This document shows positions 1 to 11,995 of a stretch of DNA of 64,000 bases, piece by piece (positions within the stretch are counted from its first letter, which is position 1; each line of letters begins with the position of its first letter). The notes under the pieces were generated by a model. The model ran no database searches, was not told the DNA's origin, and was given only the letters and a program-made list of their open reading frames with translations. The stretch spans positions 87,484,001 to 87,548,000 of the forward strand of contig NC_058368.1 in the NCBI RefSeq assembly GCF_018350175.1, given 5' to 3'. The DNA is from Felis catus. Taxonomy: Eukaryota. A program made the translations under genes and the position numbers.

Positions 1-440
1 CCCTAGCAAGGGGGTACAGCATTCCACAACTCCTAAATCCCAGGAGGAGGTTCTGCCAGAGAATGATGCTTCAGGCTTCATAGTCCCTCCCAGCCTGGGG
101 AACTTGCCTTTTGTTCCATATTAAAATACAATGGGGGGGGGGGGTGAAATGGGGGAATGTGGCCTAAAGCTACAAATCTCCAGCTACAAAATAAGTAAGT
201 CCTTGGGGATATATGCACACTGCATTTTAAGAAATACTGATGGTATGGTGCTAAAATGTAGGTGGGAAGGCCCTCTCCCAGTACTTCCTATTGGGAAAGT
301 TTGAGGAGGCATCAGGAATCAGCATTTTCATTTTCATTATACAGGATACCAGTGTCTCAAAAACAAAAACAAAAACAAAACAACTCAGGGTCTCATATGG
401 TTACTGTCTTTCACACTTTTTAAAAAACATTCTGGTGTGG

Positions 441-625
441 TTTTTTTTTTAAGTTTATTTATTTATTTTGAGAGAGTACACAAGTAGGGGAGGGGCAGAA
501 AGAAAGAATCCCAAGCAGACCCCTACTGTCACCACAGAGCCCAGTGTGGGGGCTCCAACTCATGAACCCCTGAGATCATGACAAAGTCAGACATGTAACA
601 ACTGAGACACCCAGGAGGCCCCCTT
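441..625 (-). mobile_element. Can-SINE
   Basis: T tail, GAGATCATGAC box, CCCAGGAGGCCCC end. Confidence 0.85.
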
Positions 626-1239
626 TCATGCTTTCTTAAATGGAAAGCCAAAGAAACACATTTAACATTGCATGTGTATGTATGTGTAAAACAAGAACAA
701 ATTTCAGAGAATACCCTGACACAGAGTTCTATCATCAGCACTGTGCTTGTCCTAAAAGTTGAAACACACAAGAAAATTCCTTACATTTTCTTCCTTCCAC
801 AGTCCTGCTTCTTTTTGCTGTTCTGAATAAAACCCAGACTCCTCTAACTCCTCTTTCAAATGTATATTTGCATGGCTTTTTAAATGCGTATTCCACCTTA
901 ACTGCGGTTGCTTGAGATTGGGTTTCAAAATGGGTATCTCAATGGCTTTTCCAAAGTACTTTGTGTGTTTTCTTTTGAGGACTTCCCCAGATGGGCAGGC
1001 GATCCCCAAACTATTTCTGGTGGGGAGGTGTCTCCTTTTCTTCTCTGAAACAATCCATGAAATTGCGGAGATAAGAACAGTGGTGAAGTAACCAGTGATT
1101 TCTGGCTGCTGGACGCTCCCCTCATTCTTCCTTCTTGCAGTTTGAGAAAACAAAAACCCTATCTCAGAAATACCATAGTCTTATTTCCAAAACTAGGGCA
1201 ATGACATCTAATCTCCACTAGTTTTTTCAGTTAAAAAAA

Positions 1240-1276
1240 TATATATATATGTGTGTGTATATATATATATATACAT

Positions 1277-1328
<52 letters not shown>
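1240..1328. repeat. Compound (AT)n(GT)n(AT)n(AC)n(AT)n microsatellite
   Basis: Read directly from the sequence. Confidence 0.95.
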
Positions 1329-1330
<2 letters not shown>

Positions 1331-1399
1331 CAGTAACACTGGCGTTGACCCGCTACTGTAAGCCACGCACAACTCATAAAGGAAACACCAGTCTAAGAC

Positions 1400-2760
1400 C
1401 AGTTGGGAGGATTTGTTGCGAGGCTCCAGGTGTAGAGAAAGGCTCTTCGACATTCAGCGGGCCGGCAGTACCCGCCCCTACCCCCCGCCAAACTCATGGA
1501 TCCTTCCAAAAGTCCCCCAGTAAGAAGGAAGGTTCCAAAAAGTCTTAGTACAGGGTTTGGGGACGTTTCTGGAAGAGGAAGGAAAGGGAAAGCCGCATTG
1601 CCCCCAAATCAAATAGAACCCGGTGAGGAGTTGCAGTAAATGGAGACGTAAGTTCATACCCGAAGGCGATCCCCCTCTGGCGGTGGTTCTGCACTCGTGA
1701 GTTTACTAACTTCTCACTCGCGAGGGTGCTGCATCTGCTGGGCGCGCACCTGCCGCCGCGCACGAGCCCGCGCATGAGCCCCGCTTCCGCTCTGGCTGTT
1801 ACTGCTTTAATTCGTCGTCAACCGTAGGTGGGAACAATCCAGACGCGGGGGGCAGTCTAGCTTCCTTTTCAAAGGACATGTCCTAGGACAATTATTCGCT
1901 GTTAACGTTTGTTTATGTTTTACATTTATTTATTTTTGAGAGAGAGAGAGAGAGAGAGCGCACAAGTGGTGGAGGGGCAGAGAGATTAAGAGACACAGAA
2001 TCTGAATCCAAAGCAGGTTCCAGGCTGAGAGCCTTCAGCACAGAGCCCAGGCGGAGCTTGAACTCACAAACTGTGAGATCATGACCTAAGCCAAAGTCAA
2101 CGCTTAACCGACTGAGCCACCCAGGCGCCCCGCTGTTAACATTTATTTAAACAACCTCCCGCCCTAGAAATGGCAGGACTGAAATGGTTCCTTTCGGGTT
2201 TCAAACACCCGCCCGACCATCTGGATATAAATACCGGATCCCGAAGCCTCTCCCTCTCATCTGTCCGGGGTGGCGGGCGGGAGCTGCTGACACTCCCAAT
2301 TCTGCCCCTTGAAGGGCACGAGAGCCTGAGCGAGCCCTTCTTACCAAAGTTGGTGACTGATGACGACAGATGGTGGCGGGAGGCTGCAGGGTCCAGCCAT
2401 GTGCCGGAGTCACCGCGCGGGCCCCACAGACTTGGCGGGTGCTCCCATCTCCCGGACCCTTGCCTTCCCAGACAAGGTGCACCGACCCTGCCCTGGGCCA
2501 GCCCACCCGGTGTTCCGCAGCAGAGGCCCTGGAAAGTCAGAGAGGCACGTGGCCTTGCGCCAAAGTGTTGACTACAGGAGACTCCCAAGAGCCCCGGAGG
2601 GGGCCACCGGCTTTGATGGGGGTGGTGGAGAATACGAGGAACTCCGCGAGGCCAGACGTCCAATTGGAGAGGGCACAGGAGAAGGTCATAGCAGGTCCAG
2701 CTGGAAACCGGGGAAAGGTTCTGGAATTCTAGACAGACCAGGCAGCGGTCCCATAAAATA
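1400..2760. promoter_or_regulatory. Second CpG-rich promoter-like region, interrupted by a SINE
   Basis: Clustered CpGs; CGCGCATG (NRF1-like) near 1769; CTTCCG (ETS site on - strand) near 1784; ACTACA...TCCCAAGAGCCCCG (ZNF143-like) at 2571-2596. Confidence 0.6.
1905..2131 (-). mobile_element. Can-SINE inserted in the CpG-rich region
   Basis: tRNA-derived head (...CTGAGCCACCCAGGCGCCCC on +), (GA)n and T-rich tail; flanking direct repeat CGCTGTTAAC. Confidence 0.9.
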
Positions 2761-3047
2761 GCCCAGAAATTGAAATTTTCGTCCCCAGAAATTCCTCGAA
2801 TGCCCTTGGGGGGAGAGGGGGAGATCCTTAAATTTTCTAGGCCTCAGTTTCAACAATTCAGATGTTTGATACTTGGATAATGTATAAGCATTTATCATAG
2901 TATTAACTCTGTTAGTAAAAGTAGCAAATTAAAAAAAAAAACTTTTTAAAAGAAATATTAAACAGTCGGAGTAAATAATAACTGGTTATGAGACATGCAG
3001 GTCTGTGTGTGTGTGAAAGAGAGATGCTAAGGATACGAGTAATTTGG

Positions 3048-3250
3048 GTTTTTTTAATGTTTTTATTCATTTCTGAGAGAGACAGAGCATGAGCAGGGGA
3101 GGGGCAGAGAGAGGAGACAAATCGAAAGCAGACTCCAGGCTCTGAGCTGTCACCACAGAACCCGACCTGGGGCTCATCATGACCTGAGCTGAAGTTCAAG
3201 TGAAAGTTGAAGCTGGCCACCCAACCCACTGAATCACCTAGGCATCCCAG
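3048..3250 (-). mobile_element. Can-SINE
   Basis: Typical body GGCTCTGAGCTGTCA; flanking near-repeat GGATACRAGTAA. Confidence 0.85.
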
Positions 3251-3952
3251 GATACAAGTAAATTCTAACCTTCCACATGAGAATTTGTAAAGTAAGAAAC
3301 ATTTAAACTACCTACTTCCAGAGCTGGAAACCTGGATCATGGAAGCCATACAGGAAGGCAGCCCTTCACATCTAGTTACACGTGGTGCACCTGTCCCATT
3401 TGTTAAGACCCACTAGTGTCCCTCCTGCCACGGCTGGGGAGTCCCCGTGAAGGCCAGTGGTGTGATCAGATCTGGGACCTACCTACCTCACAGGTTTAGA
3501 ATTCTAGCTCTTATTCTGGGTGAGATTTAGGAGACAGACCTTCCCAATTTCCAAAGCTCACAATGCAGGCTTTAGGATGCTCTTTCTCAAGCAAAATATT
3601 ACTACAAGCTAAAGAGTTTTTGGTTCCCAGACATCCCACAGATCTGGGAGAGAACTTTTACCTGACACTGTCTTTCCACAACCTGTTGGTGGCTGAGGCA
3701 TACAAGAACCCTCTTCAGTGAATGCTGGATTCAGTAACCATTATGGGGCAGAGGTCTTTCCAGCCTTCAATTCCTGTACTGACAATTATCTACTTTCTTG
3801 CCATGCCAGAGAGCCAGCAACCCACACTTCTCTTTCCAGGGCTTTGCCAAAATGCTAACTGAAGTCTGATACCTGTCAAGATCCTCTTAGCCTTATGAGA
3901 ACCCTTCATCAACACCCCGTTATATTAAAAGACCCATTACAGCTTGTGCCAG

Positions 3953-4412
3953 TGTTTAAAGAAAAAAAAAATCATGACACTTGTTAAAACACCGTAAGGC
4001 AATCTATTCAAGGGACTATTGGGATACATGTAGGGAGGCAGTCGGGTCTTGCAGTGGGGCAGAGAAATTGGACTCCACTCTGAATACAACAAGGAAAAGT
4101 GGGAATTTATAGCCAAGGAGCATGGTGGGAGTGAGCGGATAGAAAATTACTAAGAGGAAACATTAGGAGCAAAGGGGGATTCTGGCTAAGCCAACATGAC
4201 CTAAAGGGACTCCTGCAGAAGGCAAGCCAGGGTGATCTGACAGCACCTGAAGGATATCTGATCAGGCATCTCCAGGGCCACCAGACTCAGCAGGATAGTT
4301 GTTAAAACTGGACAGTACAGATGAACATGGACCCCCAAAGACAGGTCTAAGTTGAAAAAATGCTCAGGGAAGCCTGAGAGGAGTTGGGTCGAGGGGAAAA
4401 TCTTTGCCTACA
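3953..4412 (-). mobile_element. ERV1-class solo LTR (MER31/MER67-like)
   Basis: GACACTTGTTAAA...GTGGGAATTTATAGCCAAGGAGCA...AAAATTACTAAGAGGAAACA motifs shared with the LTR at 30035; TG...CA termini. Confidence 0.7.
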
Positions 4413-4675
4413 ACAGCCCATCCTTCTTCTAGCAACATGGAATAGATGTTATCAGCATGATTCATGAGGCATGTGCCTTCTCTAGAATGCAGGCAAAAAG
4501 AAGCATGAGAAACACCGACCGGCAGTGATACCCACCGTGTGTGAGCCTGGTGGTTGCCTGGTGGTTGTGGATGTCTGACCTCACCTCCAGGTTTGTCATG
4601 CGGTTCTACCCAAACAGCAAGTGTTTTCAAGACCCCTCACCTTTGTGTTAGCCTCCCAGGTACCCTTCCCTCCTA

Positions 4676-5618
4676 CGTTTCAGCTCAGGTCATGATCTCA
4701 AGGTTCGTGGGTTTGGGCCCCATGTCAGGTTCTGTGCTGACAGCTCAGAGCCTGGAGCCTGCTTCAGGTTCTGTGTCTTCCTCTCTCTCTGCCCCTCCCC
4801 CCTAACATTCTCTCGTTCTCTCTCTCTCTCAAAAGTAAATAAACAAAAAAATTTAGGGGTGCCTGGGTGGCTCAGTCGGTTAAGCATCCGAATTCGGTTC
4901 AGGTCATGATCTCATGATTCGTGAGTTCTACCCCTGCACTGGGCTCTGTGTGGGCAGCTCAGAGCCTGGAGCCTGCTTCAGATTCTGTCTCCCTCTCTCT
5001 CTGCCCCTCCCCTGTTTGCACTCCATCTTTTTCACTTGGAAATAAATAAACTTTAAAAAATAACAATAATAAATTGGGTGCCCTGAAACAGCAAGAGTCC
5101 TGGAGGCCAGCCTGAAATCAAGGCACCAGCCAGGCCATGCTCTCTATGAACAGAGGGATAGTTCCTTGTCTTCTCACTTGTGATTACCAACAATCGATGC
5201 TGTTCCTCGCCTTGCAAACACATCGCTCCAACCTCTGCCCCTGGTGTCACATGGCTTTCTTTCTGTGTGTCTGTCTTCACATGGCCTTACTTACTTTTTT
5301 CCTAAGACTTTTTTAACTTTTTTTTTTTTTTTGACAGAGGGACAAAGAGACAGAGTGTGAGCGGGGGAGGGGCAGAGAGAAATGGAGACACAGAATTGGA
5401 AGCAGGCTCCAGGCTCTGAACTGTCAGAACAGAGCCCGATGTAGGGCTCAAACCCACAAACTGTGAGATCATGACCTGAGCTGAAGTCGGACGCTTAACC
5501 GAGAGCCACCCCTTTAAGACTATTTTTAAGTAATTTCTACACCTGACATGGGGCTTGAATGCACAATCTTGAGATCAAGAGTCATGTGCTCTACCGACTG
5601 AGCCAGCCAGGCACCCCA
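4676..5618. mobile_element. Cluster of Can-SINEs (two +, two -) interleaved with a MaLR (MLT1-like) LTR fragment
   Basis: SINE bodies at ~4676-4850(+), 4856-5056(+), 5310-5512(-) and 5515-5618(-); MLT1-like text at 5080-5290 resumes at 5620-5790. Confidence 0.8.
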
Positions 5619-6930
5619 CATGGCCTACTTACAAGGCATCATGACATTTCGGGCTCACTCTAGTTCAATATAACTGTGTGAACTTGATTACATCTTTGAA
5701 GACCCTATTTCCAAATAAGGTCACATTCACAGGAATCAAGGGTTACAACTTAAACATATCTTGCTGGGGGACACATTTCCACCCATTCTGCCCTCAGTTT
5801 CACCCCTACCTGCACACTAAGCACATTGAGCATGAGGGAATGGGGTGGAGAGAGGCTGGCAAAGTGGAGGGGCCTCTAGAGTATCAGGAAATTCCCGAAA
5901 TACTTGGAGTACAGAATTCATGTCTGGGGCAAAAATATGTAGATGGATCCAGGTGTTTAACAGCAGAAAAGTAAACTGGTACACACTGAAATGTCAAACT
6001 TGAAAACAGTTGAAAGGTTCCCATGCAACTAATGGCAGAGGATGAATTAGAAGGACCTATTCAGGGGCACCTGGGCGGCTCAGTTCATAACCTCACGGTT
6101 CGTGGTTTCAAGCCCTGCATCAGGCTCTGTGCTGACAGTGTGGAGCCTGCTCGGGTTTCTCTCTATTTCTCTCTCAAAATAAACTTTTCAGTATCTCTGG
6201 CTGTGTGCTGGAGAACTTATATAAAATAATTTGTGTCTGATCCCTGTGAGGCAGGAGTAGAATCACCAGCTCTTGCATGGAGAAACTTATCTATGCCTCC
6301 CAGCATTTAAGTAATTACAGGGCAAGGAGGCAGATACTGGACTTCTGTGTGCCTGGGACTGAGAGAAAATACCCAAGGTAAGGACACCAGGGTTATAGAA
6401 CTTAAACTATAGCCCTGAACCTCAGGGTTCAGGCTGTATAAAGATGGAGGGAACAGGACAGGGTCTGTGCTCTGAGAGGGGATCAGGACACACACGTGGT
6501 GGGATGCATCGGAATGTGGGATCCAGCATGCAGTGAGCCCTTCTTTTCTGCTGGACAGACTTCAAACTCTTTATGTGGTGTTTAGGGCTCAGGCTTCCTG
6601 GGACTCCAGTGAGCATGGTGATAAATGCAGGTGGTAAGCCTAACAGATGCCAAATGTAACCTGTGTAATGTCTCTTTTCTTCTTTCTCCTTCTCTTTCTA
6701 TCTCTCTCTTTCACACACAACGTAATATGGGCTCCTTGACCAGTTTCCTCTCCCTGAGCCTCAGTGGCCATCGGGACTTGAGCATGCAGAAAGGAAGGTC
6801 AGAAAGCACAAATACGCATAAATGGAAACATCCAAAGAACTGCAGTGACCGGTGTTTACCTGCTCAAAAAGTCAAAACCTGTCTAGGAGGAAAAGCATGA
6901 AGATCAGTGAGGACTAAGAAGCAGACAGGC

Positions 6931-7150
6931 AGGGACACCTGGGGGGCTTAGTCGGTTAACCATCTGACTTCGTCTCAGGTCATGATCTCGAGGCTTGTGG
7001 GTTTGAGCCCCGCATCAGGCTCTGTGCTGACAGCTCTGAGCCTGGAGCCTGCTTTGGATTCTGTGTCTCCTTCTCTCTGCCCTTCCCCCACTCACACTCT
7101 GTCTCTCAAAAATGAATAAACATTAAAAGAAAAAAATTTTTTTAAAAAAA
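6931..7150 (+). mobile_element. Can-SINE
   Basis: Full head-to-tail copy; flanking near-repeat AAGAAGCAGA. Confidence 0.88.
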
Positions 7151-7505
7151 GAAAGAAGCAGATGGGCAGGGAAGACAGACGCACCAGAGAAGCTATGTGT
7201 CCCCAGGAAACACAGACTCACAGGTCCCCAGGGTCTTACAGCGGCTGGGAAATGCCACAATGCACCTGTCTCGGTGTGACTTACTTCCTTACCTGAGACG
7301 TCCCAGATCTACTTGCTATACTTAGCTGTGACTCCACCGTTAAGCAATCCTCTTCTCCTAAGAGCCCAGGACCCTTAGCTACCCCCACTCTCCTGAGCCC
7401 ACCTCTAAATGGCATCCACACTGCAGTGTCCCTGATACCCTTCTCTTCCTCCTTCCTTCAGCTGGAACCAAACCTTACAAAAGACTTTTCTCTTCCCCCT
7501 TTTTT

Positions 7506-7605
7506 TGTCTTTTTTTTTATTATATGAAATTTATTGTCAAATTAGTTTCCATACAACACCCAGTGCTCATCCCAAAAGATGCCCTTTTCAATGCCCATCA
7601 CCTAC
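7506..7605 (-). mobile_element. Very short 5'-truncated felid L1 3' end
   Basis: TTTATTGTCAAATT..TTTCCATACAACACCCAGTGCTCATCCCAA is the felid L1 3' terminus; flanked by TCTCTTCCCC(C)TTTTT direct repeats. Confidence 0.8.
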
Positions 7606-7800
7606 TCTCTTCCCCTTTTTTATCAAGCCTCACTCTAGCCTCCTCTGGGCATCATCGCTCAAGACACAAGCCCAGAAATCTGGTTGTTTTGGCTAATCTG
7701 AATTTGTCAAACTACAGGCTGGCTCCTGGTGACCTGGCTATGTTGACATTAACATCTCGAGGCTCACAAACAGCTCCCAAAAGCTAATGTTTGAGGTCTC

Positions 7801-8008
7801 ATTTTTTTTTTATTTATTCATTTTTGAGAGACAGACAGAGCGTGAGCGGGGGAGGGGCAGAGAGAGATTGGGAGACACAGAATCCGAAGTAGGTTCCAGG
7901 CTCTGAGCTGTCAGCACAGAGCCTGATGCTGGGCTCGAACTCATGAACCATGAGATCATGATCTGAGCCAAAGTGGATGGTTAACTGACAGAGCCACCCA
8001 GGCACCCC
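7801..8008 (-). mobile_element. Can-SINE
   Basis: Full-length antisense copy. Confidence 0.88.
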
Positions 8009-8559
8009 ATGAGAGTTCTATTTCTAACAAGCTTCCAGGGAATGTGGATGTGGCTGGTGTAGGACCACATGGGAGGCAACATACATATCTGTATTTGTTA
8101 CAGGTCTACAAGCATATTTTGTGCAATCATGACCCGAACCCCAAGGGAAGGCATAATTGTTGCCTTTCTTTTTCTTTCTTTATTTTCAATGTTATTTATT
8201 TGGGGCGGGGGGGATAGAGAGGCAGAGGAGAGAGACAGGGACTGTGAGATCATGACCTGAGGCGAACTTAACTGGCTGAGCCCCCCGGGTGCCCTTAAGT
8301 GTTGCCCTTCTGTGTGCAGACTCTGGGTTTTTAGGAGAGCCGTATACATCACACTTCACTGTGCACAGTTCACTTCCTGCGTTTGGCAACATCTGTCAAG
8401 TCTTTTGCTATATCCCATTCGCTGTCCCAGTCTGCAACACAAGCATGAAATACCAAGTCCTCCCTGCTCTCAGGCATCCACACCCTCCTTCTCCTCCCTG
8501 TCAGCAGTGGGGTGGGGGGTGGGCGGTTCTCCAAAGACAGGGACCAATAGCATTTGCGT

Positions 8560-9158
8560 TGGGGTGGGGGTGGGGAGAATGAAAACAGAGAGATGGATTT
8601 AGGATATGTATGGATTTAGGATATGTCGGGTATGTACACAGAGAGACATTTAGGGTATGTATGTATAAAGATATTTAGGAGATATATTAGATAGAGAGCA
8701 CGCACACACGAATGGGGGAGAAGGGGAGAGGGAGAGGGAAAAGTGAGAGAGAATCCCAGGCAGTCTCCACACCCAGCACAGGCCCTCGAGGCAGCTGGAT
8801 CCCAGGACCCTGGAATCCTGACCTGAGCTGAAATCAAGAGTGGGCAGCCCAAAGGACAGGGACACCCAGGGGCCCCAGGGCAGAGAAAGAGATTTAACAT
8901 ATGTATACATGTAGAGAGCTATTTAGGATAAGTGTACAGATTGACAGATTTAGAGATAAGGGATTGGCTCTGGAGCCTCTGGAGGCTGGATGAGGTTCTA
9001 CTACATTATGGAGGGAGACTAACCAGGTTTACTCAAAGCTTCCTGATTTCAAGGTTAATCTCATCTAGAAATACCTTCACAGCAAATGTAAACCAGTGTT
9101 TGATCAAAATCTGGGCACCTTGGCCCAGCCAAGTGGACACATAAAATATACCATCACA
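8560..9158. mobile_element. MLT2-like (ERVL) LTR fragment with inserted older SINE
   Basis: GTTAATCTCATCTAGAAATACCTTCACAG...TGGCCCAGCCAAGTGGACACATAAA..ACCATCACA terminal motif. Confidence 0.7.
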
Positions 9159-9477
9159 CCCTGCTTCTCATCTTACTGGACAGTGCCCACCATGGACTCC
9201 CAGACAGCCACACATTCTCACTCTGTTACCAGAGGCCACCTTCCCTATCCTCCTCCCTTCGCAGCTCCCCTGGGCCCTGGACCCCGCCCCCTCCCTGCTG
9301 CTGGAGATTGCTCCTACACAGCCCCTGGCTCCTGCCCAGCCCCTCTACCCAGTCCTAGGAGGGTGTTAGCTCCTCATGGGGTGTGATCTGCCAGCAGCAA
9401 TTACCCCATTCCTCAGTCACCTATGGGGGATTCCAAGGCTCAGCAGTGCCCAATTTCCCTCCACCTCAGGGCAGCTG

Positions 9478-10480
9478 CTCCCCCTCCTCCTCCCTCCCTT
9501 TCCCTCCTCCAGCCACTCCCCTCCTCCCCCTCCTCCTCACCTTCTCCCTTTCTTCCTCCCCCTCCCCTTCCTCCTCTTCCCCCCTCCCTTTCCTCTTCTC
9601 CCTTCTCCCCTCTCCCTTTCTTCCTCCTCTCCTCCCTTCCTCCTCCCCCTCCTCCTCCCCTTCCTCCTCCTTCCTCTCTCCTCCTCCATTCCTTCCACTC
9701 CTTCCTTTCCTTCTCCTCCCCCCTCCCTTCCTCCTCCTCCCCCTCCTCCTCCCTTTCCTTCTCTCCCTCCTCTCTCTCCTCTTTCCCCTCCCTTCTTCCT
9801 CCCCCTCCTCCTCCCCTTCTCCCTTTCCTTCTCTCCCTCCTCCCTCTCCTTCTTCCCCTCCCTCCTCCTCCCCCTCCTCCTCCCCTCCTTCCTCCTTCCC
9901 CTCCATCTCCTCCCCTCCTCCCTTTCCTCCTCCCCCTCCTCCTCCCCTTCTCCCTCTCCTCCTTCTCTTCCCTCCTCCTCCTCCCCTCCCTCCTCCTTCC
10001 CTTCTCCTCCTCCATTTCCTCCCCTCCCTCCTCCTTCTCTTCTCCTCCTCCATCTCCTCCCTCCCTCCTTCTTCCCCTATCCTCCTCTATCTCCTCCCCT
10101 CCTCCCTTTCCTCCTCCTCTCCCTCCTCCTTCCCCTCCCTTCTTCCTTCTCTCCCTCTTCCCTTTCCTTCTCTCCCTCCTCCCTCTCCTCCTTCCCCTCC
10201 CTCCTCCCCCTCCCCTCTCTCCTCCTTCCCCTCTCCTCCTCCATCTCCTCCCCTCCCTCCTCCTTCCCCTCTCCTCCTCCATCTCCTCCCCCTCCCTTTC
10301 CTCCTCCCCCTCCTCCTCCCTTTCCTACTCCTCCCTTTCTTCCTCCCTTCCTCCCTTTCCTGCTCCCCTCCACCTCTCCTCCTACTCCTCCCTTTTCCTC
10401 CCTCTCCTCCTCCCTCCCCCCTCCTCTTCCCCTCCCTTCCTCTCCCTCCCTCTCCCCATCCCCCTCTGCATCTCCCCACT
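9478..10480. repeat. ~1-kb polypyrimidine/polypurine low-complexity tract
   Basis: Almost only C/T on the + strand (no G seen from 9513 to 10361), with recurring CCTCCT, CCCTCC and CCATCTCCTCCCCTCC units. Confidence 0.97.
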
Positions 10481-10879
10481 CTCTTCCTGATCTGGAAGCT
10501 GCCCTGGCCCAGTTCTGCCTGCTCTTCCCAGAGGCAGCATCTGCACCCACCCATACTTGTCCATCCCAGGGTCACTGCTGTTGTGATTCCACATTTCCAC
10601 CCCCAGCCTCCATGTTCTCCCCCAAGGGTCATCACTACTTGTCTCTTGGGCATTTCAGACCCAGCAAGTCCAAAATTCCACAACTGCCTCCCAAGCCCTT
10701 TCCAGAAACCTGCTTCACTGTTTCTTGGACAAACCCTTCAGTTGCCCAGTTCAGGCCCAAACCACACCGTTCCTCATTCCTCTAACATCCACAGCACATC
10801 AGGGGGATCCCAGCCACAGCTTGCCAGATCAACCATCTACTGCCTGTTTCCCCCGCGGCTTCTAACTCAGCCCCTGCTC

Positions 10880-11995
10880 TCTGTGTCCTCCAATCTGGGG
10901 CATACAGTGATCACAGTAGGAAAGTCCCATCAGGCCATGCCCCTTCCTGAAAACTTCTGAAGGTAAAATCCAGTCACTCTGTTCCAGCTCCTTGTTCTCT
11001 CACCATGCGTGCACAGAGGGAAACAAACTCCTGCTTCACAGCCTTTGCATGCAGTTCTCTCTGCTGCAATGCTGTTCCCCACACACCTCTGTTCTGCTTG
11101 TTCAGAGCACCTGTTGAAACTTCCACACTCTCTCTGTTCAAATGTCACCTCATGGAGGTCCTTCTAGACTGCCCTGGCAGGCTCCTCCTTACCTGGGTTT
11201 TATTTTATTTTGTTTCATTTTATTTTATTTTTATTTTCATGGCATCTATCACCAATAGTGTTATATCACAGAGGCATTTATTTATTATCTGATTTCCCTT
11301 CAAGTTTCCAGAAACCAGGATTTTCCATCCACCACAAGGATGGAAGAACTAGTGGCAGATGGAAAGTATTTCAATCAATCAGCAACAGGAACATAAATGT
11401 AATAAACATACACACTGATGCAAGATGGCCAATGGTCCTTGAGCAGTGTCTATGTGCAGGGTTCATACCATGGTGCTTCACGCCGTGGTCCCCGACACAG
11501 TCCTGTATGGTGCAGAAAAAAAAAACATTTCCATGGCTTCCAGGCCTATGCACCTACCTGCTCACTCTCTGACACCCCATTTCTTTAGCTCACCATGGTG
11601 ACGGTGGCCTCCACGGGGGACCCTGTTCTCACCCCTGCTGGAGCTTGACTGACTCTCTCAGATATCACAGTCACGATGGAGCCTTGACACTGCTCCACTT
11701 CTGCAACATGGATCCAACATAGCAGCCACGTTACTGATTGCACCAAGTGCTTGCCTGCACCCTACCCCCACGAGCTGGTTGTGTGCATGGATGTGCCTGA
11801 GTGCTGGAAGTGCCTAGTAGGTGCTCAGTAAGTTTGCTAAATGCCTGAACGATCCCAAACATGCACCCAACGAGGTAGACAGCTTCATCTGTTTCCTGGA
11901 TGAAGAAACTGAGGCATAGAAAGGTTAAGCATGCCTGAGATCACCTGGTCAGGAACTGATGAAGCAGGATTTACCCCAGAGGCTGGCTCTAACCC
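10880..11995. mobile_element. Ancient L2 and MIR fragments
   Basis: GCCTTTGCATGCAGTTC...TCAAATGTCACCTC and TAGTAGGTGCTCAGTAA (L2-like); GATGAAGAAACTGAGGCATAGAAAGGTTAAG (MIR core-like). Confidence 0.6.

Noticed and set aside
1670..1686. CTCF-like CCGCCAGAGGGGG on the minus strand
   Set aside because: Lacks the GGC(G/A) end of the core motif; cannot be called without ChIP data.
9376..10960. Long ORFs of 469, 525 and 355 aa, plus antisense Gly/Arg/Glu-rich ORFs
   Set aside because: Artefacts of the C/T-only tract, which lacks stop codons in several frames; no domain or splice context.
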